DNA of 63,609 bases, counting the filler, from Conidiobolus incongruus B7586 (Eukaryota), in NCBI GenBank assembly GCA_000697335.1. It is 13 parts of 13 records of this genome, joined end to end, with 100 filler letters (N's around TTAATTAATTAA, not from the genome) between each part and the next. Parts side by side here need not be neighbours in the genome. Positions count along the whole stretch, not along the records: positions 29,308 to 42,908 come from JNEM01004026.1; 12 more parts are not named here. The stretch is one strand, 5' to 3'. Each line of letters starts with the position of its first letter. The first letter of the stretch is position 1. The notes below the pieces were generated by a model. That model saw only the letters and a list, made by a program, of their open reading frames with translations. It did no database searches and had not been told where the DNA came from. Positions 29,208 through 42,593 of the stretch are shown here, in pieces. The position numbers and the translations under genes are program-made.

Positions 29208-31920
29208 NNNNNNNNNNNNNNNNNNNNNNNNNNNNNNNNNNNNNNNNNNNNTTAATTAATTAANNNNNNNNNNNNNNNNNNNNNNNNNNNNNNNNNNNNN
29301 NNNNNNNTAAATTTATAAATTTTTTTATTAATTGATATTTTTAAAATTCTATGGATTTTTGAGATAAAATAAATAAACTCTTTATATTATTTATATTTCA
29401 AAATTCAAATAAATAAAATATATATCCAGAATTTATTTAATAAAAATTATTAAGATTATTATATTATAATATATAATTAAAATTGACTAGTAATATTTTT
29501 TCAAATATTTATACTTAATTGTATTGATAATTAAAAAAACTATCCATTTATTTAAAATAATGATATTTCAATTTTTAATATATATTTTTTATATTATTAA
29601 GAAGAATTATAGAATATAAAACACTTGTTAATCAATTATATAATCTTTCAGCAATAAATATGTTTTTGTCAAAGAATTTTTTGAATTTAAATTACTATAA
29701 AAATAAATAATCATAATATAATTTACATCATAAAAAATCAAAATTTTTAACAAGTAAATTTATATTAAAATATTTCAAGTAAGTTTTATTATATTAAGAT
29801 ATTATTTAATATGAACTGTGTTGATTTTCGCAATTAAGAATCAATATTTAGTAATAAAGAAATATATTAACATGATCAAAACTATTAATTTAATATAAAT
29901 TTAGAATTAATTTAAACTAAATAAAACAATAGTTAAATCAGATTATTTAAATTAATTAATAAACCATTAAAATCAGATTTGCATTTTAAAATCTTTTTCT
30001 AAAATATTTTTTAACTAAAACCAAATTGAATATCATTAAATTTAAAAGTTGTTTTGAATTATTTATTAATATATTTATGAAAAAATATTTATTTTATTAA
30101 ATTCAATAATTTATTATATAGTATTAAATTCAAATTTGGATTAATTGATTTTAACATTATAATTTTTCCCAAAGAAAATGTTTTAATTGTTTAAACATAC
30201 AATGACATGAATAAATTATTAATTACTTGAAATTTTTTTATTATGATAATATATTTATGTGCCAAATTATTAAATATAAATTTCTTTTATAATGATATTT
30301 TGACTAAAATTTGAATCTTGTAATAAAAGCCATTTTAATTAAAATAACCTAAATTATCATGGTAATTATAACTGTATTTAAATTACAAAGTAATGTTCGA
30401 CTTGGATAAAAATAAAATCTCTTGATATATTTTTTTAATTAAATTATAATATTTAACAAAAAATTTTAAACTCAAGTTCTTATTATACATAGAACTGATC
30501 ATAAAAATTAAGGGTGTTAAACTATTTAATACCAATTCAAATCCTAAAAACTAGAAATTAACGTCTATATCCATTATAATGAAATATGCGCAACTGCAAT
30601 TCAGTACTTTAGGGACTTCAATATTACATATTTATTGAGAACTGATATAAGTTTAAAATTTGTCATAAAAATTCTCAGTATATACATCAGTTTAATTAAT
30701 TTGATATTGGGATTTACATTTAGATGTAAGAGATTAAGTATTTTTTTAATTATCATACTTAATATAATAAGTGATTACAATGATTTTTTTTAGTATATGT
30801 GATTTATTAAAAAGATATTCTTATAATTATTTGTATTAAATAAAATAAATAATATATTAAATTCATAAAATCTTAAAAATATTTGACAAATTAAGATTAC
30901 TAATTAAGAAATTTAATTTACCACGTTTAAAAAAACAATTTTATTTTTACACATTAAATTGATTTAATCTAATAATAAAAATTTAATTTTTATTTCAAAT
31001 TTCTCATTATTTTTTACCGCAAAATCAATATCTTTTAGGGATTTGGTAAAATTTTATCCAATTGACTAAATTTATTTGTTAAAGATATATTGATTATTAC
31101 TATTATTATTATTATTATGAACTTTAAATCTATTCAATTTATTAGATAAATAATATATTAGATTTTTAAAAATTATTATATAAAATTGAAAACCTTTAAT
31201 AATTTTTTTCTTGTAAATAATAATGATTTAATCTGATTGAAAAAAATAAATTATAAAAAACAAGGGAATTATTGAAATACTTGTACATAATTGAATTGAA
31301 TCAAATTGAAAAGTAGAAAGGGAAAAAATAAAGATAATTATAATATATGATTAAAATAGTTAATTTTAATTAAAAATAGATCAAACTAAAGTGAAATTAT
31401 CAAAATTGACATAATTTCAATCAAATAATTATGATATACGCCAACTTTGAATTATTAAGAACAGTTGGCAACTTGAGGTAGAGTATCAAATATTTTAACA
31501 TATACTAAATAAATTGAAAATGAAAGTGCTGTTAATTTGGGTTCTTTAACTCGTGACTTTACCTTTTTCCCTTTTAGTGTGAGAGTGTGTATTTTGGTGT
31601 TATTATTAGATTTTTGGTAGCGTGGCTTTAGGTGTTGCTCCTAATTGAAACCATCTTGATTGCTGGTAATTTTAAATATTACTATAAAGAATTGCTTTAT
31701 TGTTGTAATTCAAAAATAAAATGGTTGATAGATAGCTAAGTCAATTAAAGAAGTACTGATACTAAAAATCTGTAAGATACAGGTTTAACTTATTACTATT
31801 TGAATAAATAGATTGGAAAGAGAAATTAAATTAATGCGAAAAAACAATATAGGTATAATTTTCAAATATTCATTGTACCACTCGATTTTTCAAATACCTG
31901 TAAATGATAATGATATTGGA

Positions 31921-31930
31921 TATAAATACC
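31921..31930 (+). promoter_or_regulatory. TATA box candidate (TATAAATACC) upstream of family member 4
   Basis: 55 nt before ATG 31976. Confidence 0.5.
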
Positions 31931-31975
31931 TTGAACCTCCCAATTTATTAAAGTATTTTTTTAATTATTTTGAGT

Positions 31976-32374
31976 ATGGCTGCTTCTCTAACGTCTGCAA
32001 GCTCGGTACATTTGCCTCTTCAAATATCACCCACTCACTCTTCAGTATCTTCTTCTAAATCTAGTTTCTCGTTTTTGTCTTCTTCTAAGAGCTTTGCCAA
32101 GAATATTGCTCGCCATTTTAAGAAGATTGGTGGGTTTGGTCATAATAGAAAGGCAAGTCAGTCTGCTTTTGATCTGACGCAATACTCCAACTCTCCTGCT
32201 GCCAACTACCAGGAGCAGATGACGACACATCGCAAGGGCTTTCATGTGAGGGCAATGGAGTCCTCTGGCGACTTCGACCATGTGATTGAAAACGGCTTTG
32301 GGATGGTCGATGACACAAGAGCGCTGACCCTCAAGATGTCACTGACGCCCAAGCGCATCCAGAACTTAAGTTAA
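31976..32374 (+). CDS. Small uncharacterised protein, divergent family member 4 (132 aa from ATG 31976)
   Basis: Intact GC-rich ORF with a different, Ser-rich N-terminus. The C-terminus HRKGFHVRAMESSGDFDHVIENGF...TLKMSLTP matches the family motif. Confidence 0.85.
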   Translation: MAASLTSASSVHLPLQISPTHSSVSSSKSSFSFLSSSKSFAKNIARHFKKIGGFGHNRKASQSAFDLTQYSNSPAANYQEQMTTHRKGFHVRAMESSGDFDHVIENGFGMVDDTRALTLKMSLTPKRIQNLS

Positions 32375-35300
32375 ACGACGCATCCCATTATCTCGGCGTG
32401 TTTGTTTCGGATAGTATTTGCATCAAACCAACCACTGGTATCCACTTGATAAACTCCACTCTGATCACACTTCAAGTCCACCAACGTAATCCATCATGTA
32501 TCAAACCTTCATCGCAACTTTTTAGACACTTAATTCGACGCTTTCTACTTCCCCTAACTAATAATTAATATAATGTGAATATAATGTCCATTACTACTAA
32601 TGATGAATAATTTGTAATTTACTAATCAATATAATAAATCACCTCTAATAATCAAAATACCCTTCTAATAATATTCCAAAGTTTAATAATTTCTGGCTCT
32701 TAAATTAAACAACGCCGCATAATTAATCAACATGCCTAGATCTAATTTTAGGATACTGTTAATATTTGACTAATGCCTCTCGGCAAAACAATTTCACAAA
32801 CCAAGTTCATGCATATTGTTTTGATTTTTAGTTAATCGTACTAGTTTCACTTGGTTACAAGTTTCATTGATTTCAATATCTTAGTACTTTAATATCACAA
32901 TTTAATTTAATATATTTGTTGTATAAATTTTGATTCTGCTAATATCACTATAGGATACCTCATTGAGTATATCTATATTTTTGTATCTGTAAATTGGCAA
33001 AACAAAAACAATATTCACCACATATATATTTCAAAATTATTTCATATATTATCAGCCAAATGATTATTAATAATTCAACACCCTCTTAACCTCATAAACT
33101 AATATCTTGTCAACAAAATTTTTAGCTAATTAGTGGATAACAACCACTCCAATTAATTAAAGAGTTGTCAATTAATCCTCGGGGTTATTAAATTGACATA
33201 TGATAATAATAGAATTATCCAATATTAATTTATTTTTTTTAATATTATAAAATTATATTTTTATAAATAATAATAATCCAAATTATATTATTTAAAAAAT
33301 TTATTTTTATTTTAGAAAAAAAATAGAAAATTATAAATTAATTAAAATATTTTTTATTAAATTTTGAATATTTGTCTTTTTAACAATTACTAATTTACTA
33401 CTTTGATTAAGTTCTTGCAACTTTTTATTACTTGTGATTATTAGAAATAGTGCTAGTGACCATTGTAAATTGGATTGATGATATTGAATAAATATGGCTG
33501 TGGGTATCGAATAAGTTAAATTATGGCAGTTATATTATAAATAAATTTTAGAAATTTGACATATATAGTTTCATATTATATTTGGTATATTTTGCTTACT
33601 CTTTCAAAGTTAAAATATTATAATAATATACTAAGGAATTCTTTTATTAAAGACTTAAATATTTTTAATTTATTTTTTTAAAATTATTATATTGGATTAT
33701 AATATTAAGTCATCAAAAAGTATTATTTTTTTAATTGCATATTTTTATTATATTAAGATTGTTTTTTTGAAATATTAAATTAATCACAAAGATTATTATT
33801 CAATATTATATGTAAAAATAGTCATATTTAATAGAAAATCAATCCAAAAGTATTAATAATTAAAGTGAGTTTATTTTGCCTATATTAAGGATTTTATCAT
33901 TATATACTAAAAATTAATAATTATTGGATTTTAAATAAAAAATTTACCTTAAAGTTATATTAAAACTTATTTTAAATATATTAAAAATATAATTTTTATT
34001 TGAATGTTCAATAACTAAGTAAAACCAATTTATTTCCTCTTTGCTTTTAAAATTTAATAATACTTAACTTGGAGAAGTCTTTTAATTCAATATTTAATAT
34101 CTCTAAATATTTAAAGATTGATGATAGAATATTTTCTATCCAAGTAACACACTGATTAGTTGACATTTTATAAGAAATTTGTATATTATTTAAGTTCTAT
34201 GGATTGATAATAATTAGCTTTAGTAATATCAATATTATACGATACTATATAACATAAAAATAACATATTAATGTTGACCTTTGAAATAATAATCGAGTCA
34301 AACCGTTTAATTACAATTGTTGAATTATGAGAATTTCAATGTTAATTTTAAAATCCTATTTAGTTCCAAACCATTATAATTAATCTTAGTTGCGGTTTTA
34401 TCATATTATCTATTTGTAATGTTATTACCGAATTTGATATTATAGCTATAAATTATTAAATTAATAAAAAATAAAGAATATTGAAACAATTTAAATATAA
34501 GGATATATTTTAAATATTAGATATTTGAATTTGAAATGAACTGAGTTGAAATTATATTTCAATTATTGAGATCATGAGAAAATCATTTGTTTAGAAACAC
34601 TTGTTAGTATACCTGTAAAATTTTAGTTTGCAACATCTGTCAAACTTGAAATCCGGGTTTAAATATCGATGAACAAGTTGATCTAAACACTAAATATTAA
34701 TTCGAAATATTTTATATTAGAAAAAAAATATTGTTTGGTATTATAAAGTTATTCGAATGATATTTAATTATTATATAGCTTTTTCTAAAAACAGCCAATG
34801 AAATGATATATTATGAATTTTTATATTTCCGAATATATATTCCAATTATTGATATGGCATTAGTTATATAATTTATTTATCAATGAATATCAAGATTATC
34901 AAAGTACTACAAATCATATAAAGGGACTTTGGTCGAGAAATAATTTAATTCAATATTTTTGATAGAATTAGAGCCTTAAAATATTTTAAATATATATTAC
35001 TCAAATCATATTATCATTATCATAATTTCAAATTTTGACACCTTTTAATTCTCAATCAAACTAAATATTTTTTAAAAATAATTTAAATATTAATGATTTT
35101 TATAGTATTTTCTAAAATAGAGTTATTAATCATTTATTTTTAAAATTTATGGTCAATATAATTTAGTTTGAATAACATTTAATATAAATGTTATTCAAAT
35201 TATATTTTGAAATTCAATATAAACAATAAAAATTCTATTTGAATCAAGTTTTTTCTGTTATATGAAAAAGGTTTGAAAAGAGTTTGAGATATAAATTCTT

Positions 35301-35623
35301 CATTTAAATTATAAAATTTTATTTTTATATAAAACTATCAAACTTGATTTTTCAAATTATCAATATTGGTATTAGTATCAAATTTCTTTTCATCAATCAA
35401 AATCCTAAAAATATCTAGATTACTCTGTTTTCTATTTGAACTTGTAACTTAAATTCATCATAAATATTCTATTACAAAAAATCAAAAATTAAAAAAGGCT
35501 CAATGAATCAAAATTAGTCCATAAATAAATAAATAAAAATAACTAAATATTAAGCATTATATATTTAATTAGAATCACCTGGCTTATTTATTATCCTTTA
35601 ACCTTTATTCCCGATATTGAGAT

Positions 35624-35821
35624 TCAAACAAAAGTCCTTTTCACTTTAAAATTATCCAACAATCTTAATGTTGAAATCAGACAAACATAAGTCAACAAAC
35701 CACCCCAAAATAACACTACCATAGCCGATGGTAAATCCACCATCAAAGCACTCAATTCAATTTGTGAGTACTTGACAAACAGTTCAGTAAGCAAGAGGTA
35801 ATAACTAATTCCGACCACTTT
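35624..35821 (-). other. Possible orphan terminal exon encoding a hydrophobic (membrane) C-terminus
   Basis: Open frame ...LPSAMVVLFWGGLLTYVCLISTLRLL... preceded by a CTAG acceptor-like site. No upstream exon found; abuts the IML1 pseudogene. Confidence 0.3.
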
Positions 35822-35829
35822 CTAGGTGT

Positions 35830-38800
35830 CAAAGCTGGTGGTTTATTGATACATACTATCCGTCGAAGCCCCAAATTCCCAAGAAAAGATGAATGATAGT
35901 GGGGGGAACAGGGCAAATATGCATTCTATCGACAATCAGGAGTTGAAGTTGGGTGCTAAGGCAAGTTTGATTAATGAGAGTTTGTTTACAATTGTTGAAG
36001 ATTTTTATAAGGAGACTTTGGCCAAACAAACTTCGTTGCAGATATTGCATAAGATATCTTTGAAATGTTGTAATGATATTGATTAGGTTTAATGGGGTTT
36101 CTATTTCGAATTTATATAGTATCCAAATTTTGCTTCATTTGTAGTATCAGCGTCATAATTGAAAAGGTTCTTTAACTTTAAATAGTTGATAAAAGCTTGA
36201 TCGAAGTGGAGTACCTCGAACTCACATTCAAAGATCAGTACTTGAGTAGGAACGATATTTAGCAATTGAAAACGAGTTTATTCAATATTTACGCACATAT
36301 CGGCAAGAGGATCCCATTTGCCAGCCTCATCCGAGTGCAGTTGAAGGAGATCTATTCTAAGAATGGCGAAGTAAATCGTCTACTCCTTATTTTAACATAA
36401 TACTAATTTGTTTTGGTTACTTTGCGGTGGTATCAGTCCCAATACCAAAATCACATTCCGATCAGGACCGCACGCTATTTCATATTCATTGAAACGTCAA
36501 AAGGGCAGTGGAAATTTGAGGGGGACGGATACCTATTCCACGCGAAAGGCTTGAGCAGCTTTTTACTCGATTTATTTGATAAGTGGGAATGTCACGGCAC
36601 CAACCACATCGTTCCTATCATCTCGCTCGCCAGAATATTTATGGACGCTCGTACCGATAACGAGACTCACGATCCCCAGTACAATGCGAGTTCGAAAAGC
36701 TGGTTCAAAGGTTTTTACAAGGTAAATTATGATTGGAACGATTCTATCCTCTTCTTGAAATCGAAGTTTGGTGAGATTTCGAGATCTGCCGACGGAAATA
36801 TTCCGGAAATGATGAATATAAAGCTAAATTGCTTTGGTAAGCATTATGCAGATAGGGATCTAATAAGAACTGGTCTACATGTGATGATTATCACTCCGTC
36901 AAATGGCATGTTTAATGTGGATTAAAATTGTTGAGAATGACATTTGAAAGGATAACAGATAATAGTGTTCCTTTACATTTAGCGTAATTGTCAAAACCAC
37001 CTCCACATATTTCGACTCTCTTTATTTTTCAGTCTAGATTCCCTCTATCCTGCGTCAATACCTATTCGACCAAGGCTGGAAAATTAGCTGGTACCGAAAG
37101 TTCTAGATCTGCCAAGTATGACTTTTCAGACTGTCTTTCAATTAATTATTATTGTATGGATCCAAAATTATTACTCTATTTTGATGAAACAATTAGACTT
37201 CGTTCACGATCATTATTCATCACCCCATTGGATTGAAACCAGTTATTATAGTTCTGACCACACATCATTTTAAAGATATTCAAGATTTGTCCCCTATTGT
37301 ATATTATACACCCATCAAGATACTGAAATTTGTGGTGAAGACAACTCATTGTATCCTATTCCATCCTTGTCCCAGCCTCCCATCGTTTTGGTTCATTGAG
37401 CAACTTGACTAAAATTGTACCGCCTGTAGTTACTGTCACATCGTCTGTTACTGCTGAAGTGATACCAACACCAACTGAACAATTCAGCTCAAATATATGC
37501 TACTGTCACTCAATCCCGGAGCTTACGACAAAGACGTGTTCCAATTTGAAGGTCAACGTGTATTAAAGATGCGGCCTCTGAGCAAGCAAAGGAACATCAG
37601 AGATCTCAAACACTACGACAAGGCCAACTCGTCCATTGAGAACGACTTTATTCATCACAGTATTGACGAAAGTAGCAGTTTGTCGCATGATCTGCCATCC
37701 TCATTGCCACTTTTCAGAAGTTTCCCAAAAGCACTGAATCGGTTCAACTATATGGAGGGCAAGAATGAAAACTATATCTTTCAAGTTCAATGTTAATAAA
37801 ACTTTCGGCATCAAAGGTATTACAGAATTTCGCGATTTCGAAAGCTCTTCCAGATTTTAGTTGAAGGATCGGTTCGCTATCGGTAATTTGAATCCGCCTA
37901 CTACGCATATTAAACCGATTACCATCAAATTCAAGGCGAAGGACTCCAAACCCTCTAATTGAACATCCAAGGACATTTTTCAAAACTCTATTCAAAGTGC
38001 TCCAGATAGCCATTTCCAGCGCTACAGTTTGAAAGTATCATCAAAATTGATGGATAACAAGAGTGTTAATCAACAAATTTTGTTGAATCCATTCACCAAT
38101 ATATGATCCACAGTAATGTATTCTATTCCAATTGGATGTTGGAGACATAGTTATACCAGATTGGATCTTCACGATACTACCAAGTGACAATTTCTGTGTG
38201 CACCTGCATGCTTACCACTCACCGCTGATTATTACACCACGTCGGAAGAACTTGCGGAAAGTTACCAGGAGTATAGGTATACATATACGGTGTCGCTCAA
38301 CGATGAAAATTTGCCATACTCCTCAGCAACAACGGACCAATTCCAGTGCACATAATTTATTGAAAGATTTAATCTTTCAGTGTCTTGTACAAGGTTTTCA
38401 ACTGATCATGTTCAATCTGGATCAAAACTCTACCAATAACGCGTTGTCAGTATTTCCAATTTCGAATGATGAATTCTTCGAGGCACCTCCACTTGCTGAC
38501 AATGAGAAATCGTTGCAGCAGAATGAATTCTGAATCTACCAGCCGTATTACCTGATCATGGGCAGTCACCCCCATAGGTTGCTTTACGACAGTTCGGGAC
38601 AAAATATACAAGTGAAGTGATTCGTTAGGAGCATTGAATACTTCACCTCGCCAATTTTCAGCAAATGTCAGGTGTGGTACGCGACGGGTGATAGTTACGA
38701 AAATATTGACTTTAGCTTTAGCTGCATCCAGCTCAATATGTACAACTGAAACTATTTGAAGTATTTGATTAGTTGGTACCAGGATGACCTGACAGGCGGC

Positions 38801-40446
38801 TTGAGATTCTGGTGCGCATGGTTCATGATTCTACCGAATGATTCGATACCCAATACTACGAGACATTGGACGAGGAGGAGCTCCGAGTCGCTGGGTTCGT
38901 TAAGTTTCTGGACCAGTTGCAGAAAGTGTGTCTGAATTTGGATTGCGATTGGTAGTCCAACCACGCTAATGATTTTAAGAAATTGAATCAGGATTTGGTT
39001 TCTGCACTAAGTATTTCATTTACAACCTTAAGTCCTTCATCGTTCTTCGCATCGGAGACTAAAGGCACAAAATTGCCAAATATGCTCAAACGAGCATTAA
39101 ACTTTATTAGTACCGAGAAGTTGTCCAGAGTCCAAGTTGTCAAGTATTGTGGCCGCATTGCAGAATTTAAATCCACGGTATTAAGACTGCGAATATGAGA
39201 TGAGATTTGAAATCGTTTGAGAATGTGTTCGTAAGCTTGGAATTGGTGGATTGGTTACTGGCGCATTTGACAGATATTACAACCAGGGGCGAAGCTGTCC
39301 AGTTTGGCAGCGCTATGCTGCAAAAGAGAGTGATCGAGCACTGCAAGGGCAAGCACAGCTTCCTAAACAGATACTACTTCTGCAGGAGTAAATCAGATAA
39401 AACTGCAAAGAACGCGCCGAAGAGTGGATGGTTCAGGAACCATAAAACCGGATCCAGTGCGAATATTAAGAAGCCCGGTTTGTCGACCCTCAGCAGAGAA
39501 AAGACACTGACGTCGAAGTTGAGTGAACCAGATCGGGGTGATTATAAATCGCAGACTCGAGTCCCATTATCGAAGTCTATAGTTATCGATTTGGATTTGT
39601 AGAGGAAGAGCAATCATCCCGAGAAGGCTTTCCTCCATTTCGATACGTTTTATAACCCAGACCGAGCGTTCCACTTCCAGATCCATTTGTTGGGATGCAT
39701 TGCTCGACTGATCGACGATCTGTTGCAGAATTAGTCCCGTCAAGTTGAGAGATGAGGTCTCAAGCTTATAGAAACTCCAGTGTCGCAAACGCCTATTCAA
39801 TCCAACGAAAAACCGTTCCGAGCTCTCATTGTAATCTACTTTTTGGTACTTCGTCCATCCCTCAAGGATTTGAACCGCACTGTCAACCCGACAATACTGA
39901 CAACTATACAGCCCGTCTGGGTTGCAATTCATTTGCTCAACATTCCGATATCCCTTTGTATTTCTATCAGAAAACACCACTCGAGAGTAGTCAATGAATT
40001 CACAAGTTTGATATTGGCATCGTAAAAATTCTTCCAAACTCCCAAAGGTATCTATGGGAGATTAATCGACCTTATAACCCGTCCAACCTATGCAGAATAC
40101 CCATCACCAACTCGAACGCATCAAATCTCTTCAATTCCATGGCGTTTTCCACAACTCACCCGAGCGACACTCTCAGTATTATGGACAGTTTACGAAAAAA
40201 TTTATTTAATTTCTGCAATCCTTCCGACCTACTCGAAGCATTTTGGGATCAAATTAAACTTATATTACCAACTCAACAAGGCTTAGGATCTGTGTTGGAT
40301 AATTTTGCACAAGCTTTGAATATTACTGGTATAAGTTTCAGTTGAATAATAAAACTTCAGGGGTTCAGAGTCCCACAAAAGAGATGGAGGAGTTGAGTGT
40401 AAGTACACCCATTTCAAATGGGGATAGGGTTGGAAGTCCTCTCTAA
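35830..40446 (+). pseudogene. IML1: IML1/SEA1/DEPDC5 (GATOR1/SEACIT subunit) pseudogene
   Basis: Ordered Iml1 motifs across frames: LELTFKDQYLSRNDI*, TKITFRS/ARYFIFI, HYADRDLIRTG..IITP, PACLPLT.DY, LVQGFQLI, YN*NYL, EEELRV.GF.KF, DEP domain FENVFVSLELVDWLL...TRGEAVQFG, then E.AFLHFDTFYNP..AFHFQIH. Stops at 36260, 36985, 38185, 38618, 38747, 39196, 39600, 39732 and 39753; frameshift near 36468. The 5' boundary is approximate. Confidence 0.93.
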
Positions 40447-41829
40447 ATACGATTAAATTTGAGAAAGCTAAGAAAAAAATTTTTGAACGATTTAAAACTG
40501 TTTTATAAAGCTTTTAATATTATAATCATTAAACTCATTATCAAATTTTTTAAAATAATATCTTTATTTTTATGGAAATATCATTAAAATCCAAAATTTC
40601 ACTTCAAAAGAATTAATATTTATTAAATAATTGATTTTGATAAATAATAGTATGTTATATATTCATTATATTGACTCGAAATATTAAAAGATAAAATACA
40701 ATTTATTTCAATATCAATTTTAATACTCGAATTCCAATACTAGTTCATTAATTCATAATTTAAGATAAATAATTTAGAGATTTCTATATTAAATACTGTA
40801 TATTATTCTTTTGAAATATATATAATATTATCATTATCATTCTCATTGTGTTTGTAAGATATGATTTAGAATATATGATATTGGATTTGATGTTTTATAA
40901 AAATCAAAATCATATCGTTTAATGATAAAAAAATTCTCATTTTGATATACATCATATTTAATAATTGAGCTTTTAATTAAAAATATTTATTTTAAATATA
41001 AAAATAATATTCATGAATTTGGAAATATACAAAGGGAAGGTATAACTGAAATTACTATATTAATTAAATTAAAGAAATAAAAATATATTTGATATTAATG
41101 ATTATTAAATATCAATATATATATCCAATTGATTAAAAATTAATATCAAATATTTTAATTAAACATGATTTCTATAAATTTAAATATTTTACTATTAATT
41201 TGAAATAGTTATCATTAATAATAAATGATCACATAATATAATATATTCAATATATGTAATATCGATTGCCAAGGGAATTTTAATATAAAGTAAATGATAT
41301 TATATAATTTATAGCTTTATTTAAATTAAATCAAGATTATTTATTTAAATATTATATTATAACCTTGGATTTAGAAAATTAGAAATTTTTTAATATCTGA
41401 GTTTTCAAATATATTATTAGTATCAAAAAATAAAATATACACATTTCTAATAGGAAAAAAATAATTTATATCATATATATAATAGCTTTTTTAATTAAAA
41501 AATTAATTTTTTAAAATTTGTTATTTAACTTAATTATACTTAAATTAAAAAATAATCATCAAAAGTTTTTCATTTTAATATCAGTAAAACTTAACCATTA
41601 ACCCACTAAAATTATTTGAAACTTATGAAGAGCTTTTGGTAATATAACATTATCTAAATTATTTTAAAATGAAAAGAGAAATTATTTAAAACCAATTAAA
41701 ATCTAAAAAACTAACTTTAGTTATTACTATTTTAATTATTGATAGAGTTGAAAAATATATTGAAATATACCTTTTTATTTCAATTAAAGATATTTCAGGA
41801 TATTTTAATATTAGTCATATATATATATT

Positions 41830-42593
41830 ATATATATTAGAGTTATAATTTAAATTAATTAATAAAAATATAAAATAAATTTTCTATAATTTAACTAAAG
41901 TTTAAAAAACTAGATCAGCTATTATTTAACAAAACTTATTAAGATAAAATCAAAAACCAAAGCTTTTACAATAAATTATTATAATTGATGATTTTTATCT
42001 CTTTTTGTAAAGTCCTTTATTAAAATATAAATCAAAATACTAAATTAAGCTAGATTAAGTTTTTTTTATAAATTTCTTTAAATTAATATTTTTTTGAATA
42101 AAAATAAACTATTATTATATATATCATAATATTATATATTATTCTTATTTAATATTTAAAAGAAAATCAATTAATAATAAACTTTATAATATTTTTTTAA
42201 ATAAAACTATTTTTAATTTTTATTTTTAATATAACTTGAAAGTAATTATAATTTTAAATATTAATTTCATAATAAAAAATAACCAGAAAAAACTATCATA
42301 TATAATATACTTTTCGGATTATAACCCATATGATTTTAAATTCTTTAAATAATCAAAAAATTAAATTATAAAATAATTTTACAAAAAAATTTAACTAGTT
42401 GATAAAACATTAAATCTTAGTCTTTATTAAACAAGTAATTATTATATTATTATAATTATTTTAAAAATATGATAAAAAATTATTAAAATTAAAAAACATA
42501 GATTTTATATTAAATTTAAATTTATTTTTATATATCAAATGGTTTATTTTTATTAATTACAAAAAAATCATATTATTTAAATACAAACTTATA
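41830..42593 (+). mobile_element. Hypermutated mariner-type transposase relic (copy A)
   Basis: tac ttt tcg gat tat aac cca tat gat ttt at 42308 corresponds to YSPDYNPCDF after reverting transitions; colinear with 50100-50610. Confidence 0.7.

Noticed and set aside
29308..29450. Possible short dispersed repeat shared with ~13900-14030, ~24120-24470 and ~54030-54330
   Set aside because: Similarity by eye is within what extreme AT content could produce; needs a composition-aware alignment.
31813..32318. ORFs 31813-32058(+), 32042-32281(-) and 32118-32318(-)
   Set aside because: Overlapping shadows of the family member at 31976-32374; no independent support.
36260..39755. IML1 stops rescued by A-to-I editing (TAG>TGG) or by a TGA=Trp code
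   Set aside because: Four stops sit at conserved Trp positions, but others replace Arg, Gln or Cys, and there are frameshifts and deletions. Intact genes here also use TGA as a normal stop.
35856..40345. The many short ORFs in 35.9-40.3 kb as separate genes or an operon
   Set aside because: They are frame fragments or antisense shadows of the single IML1 pseudogene.
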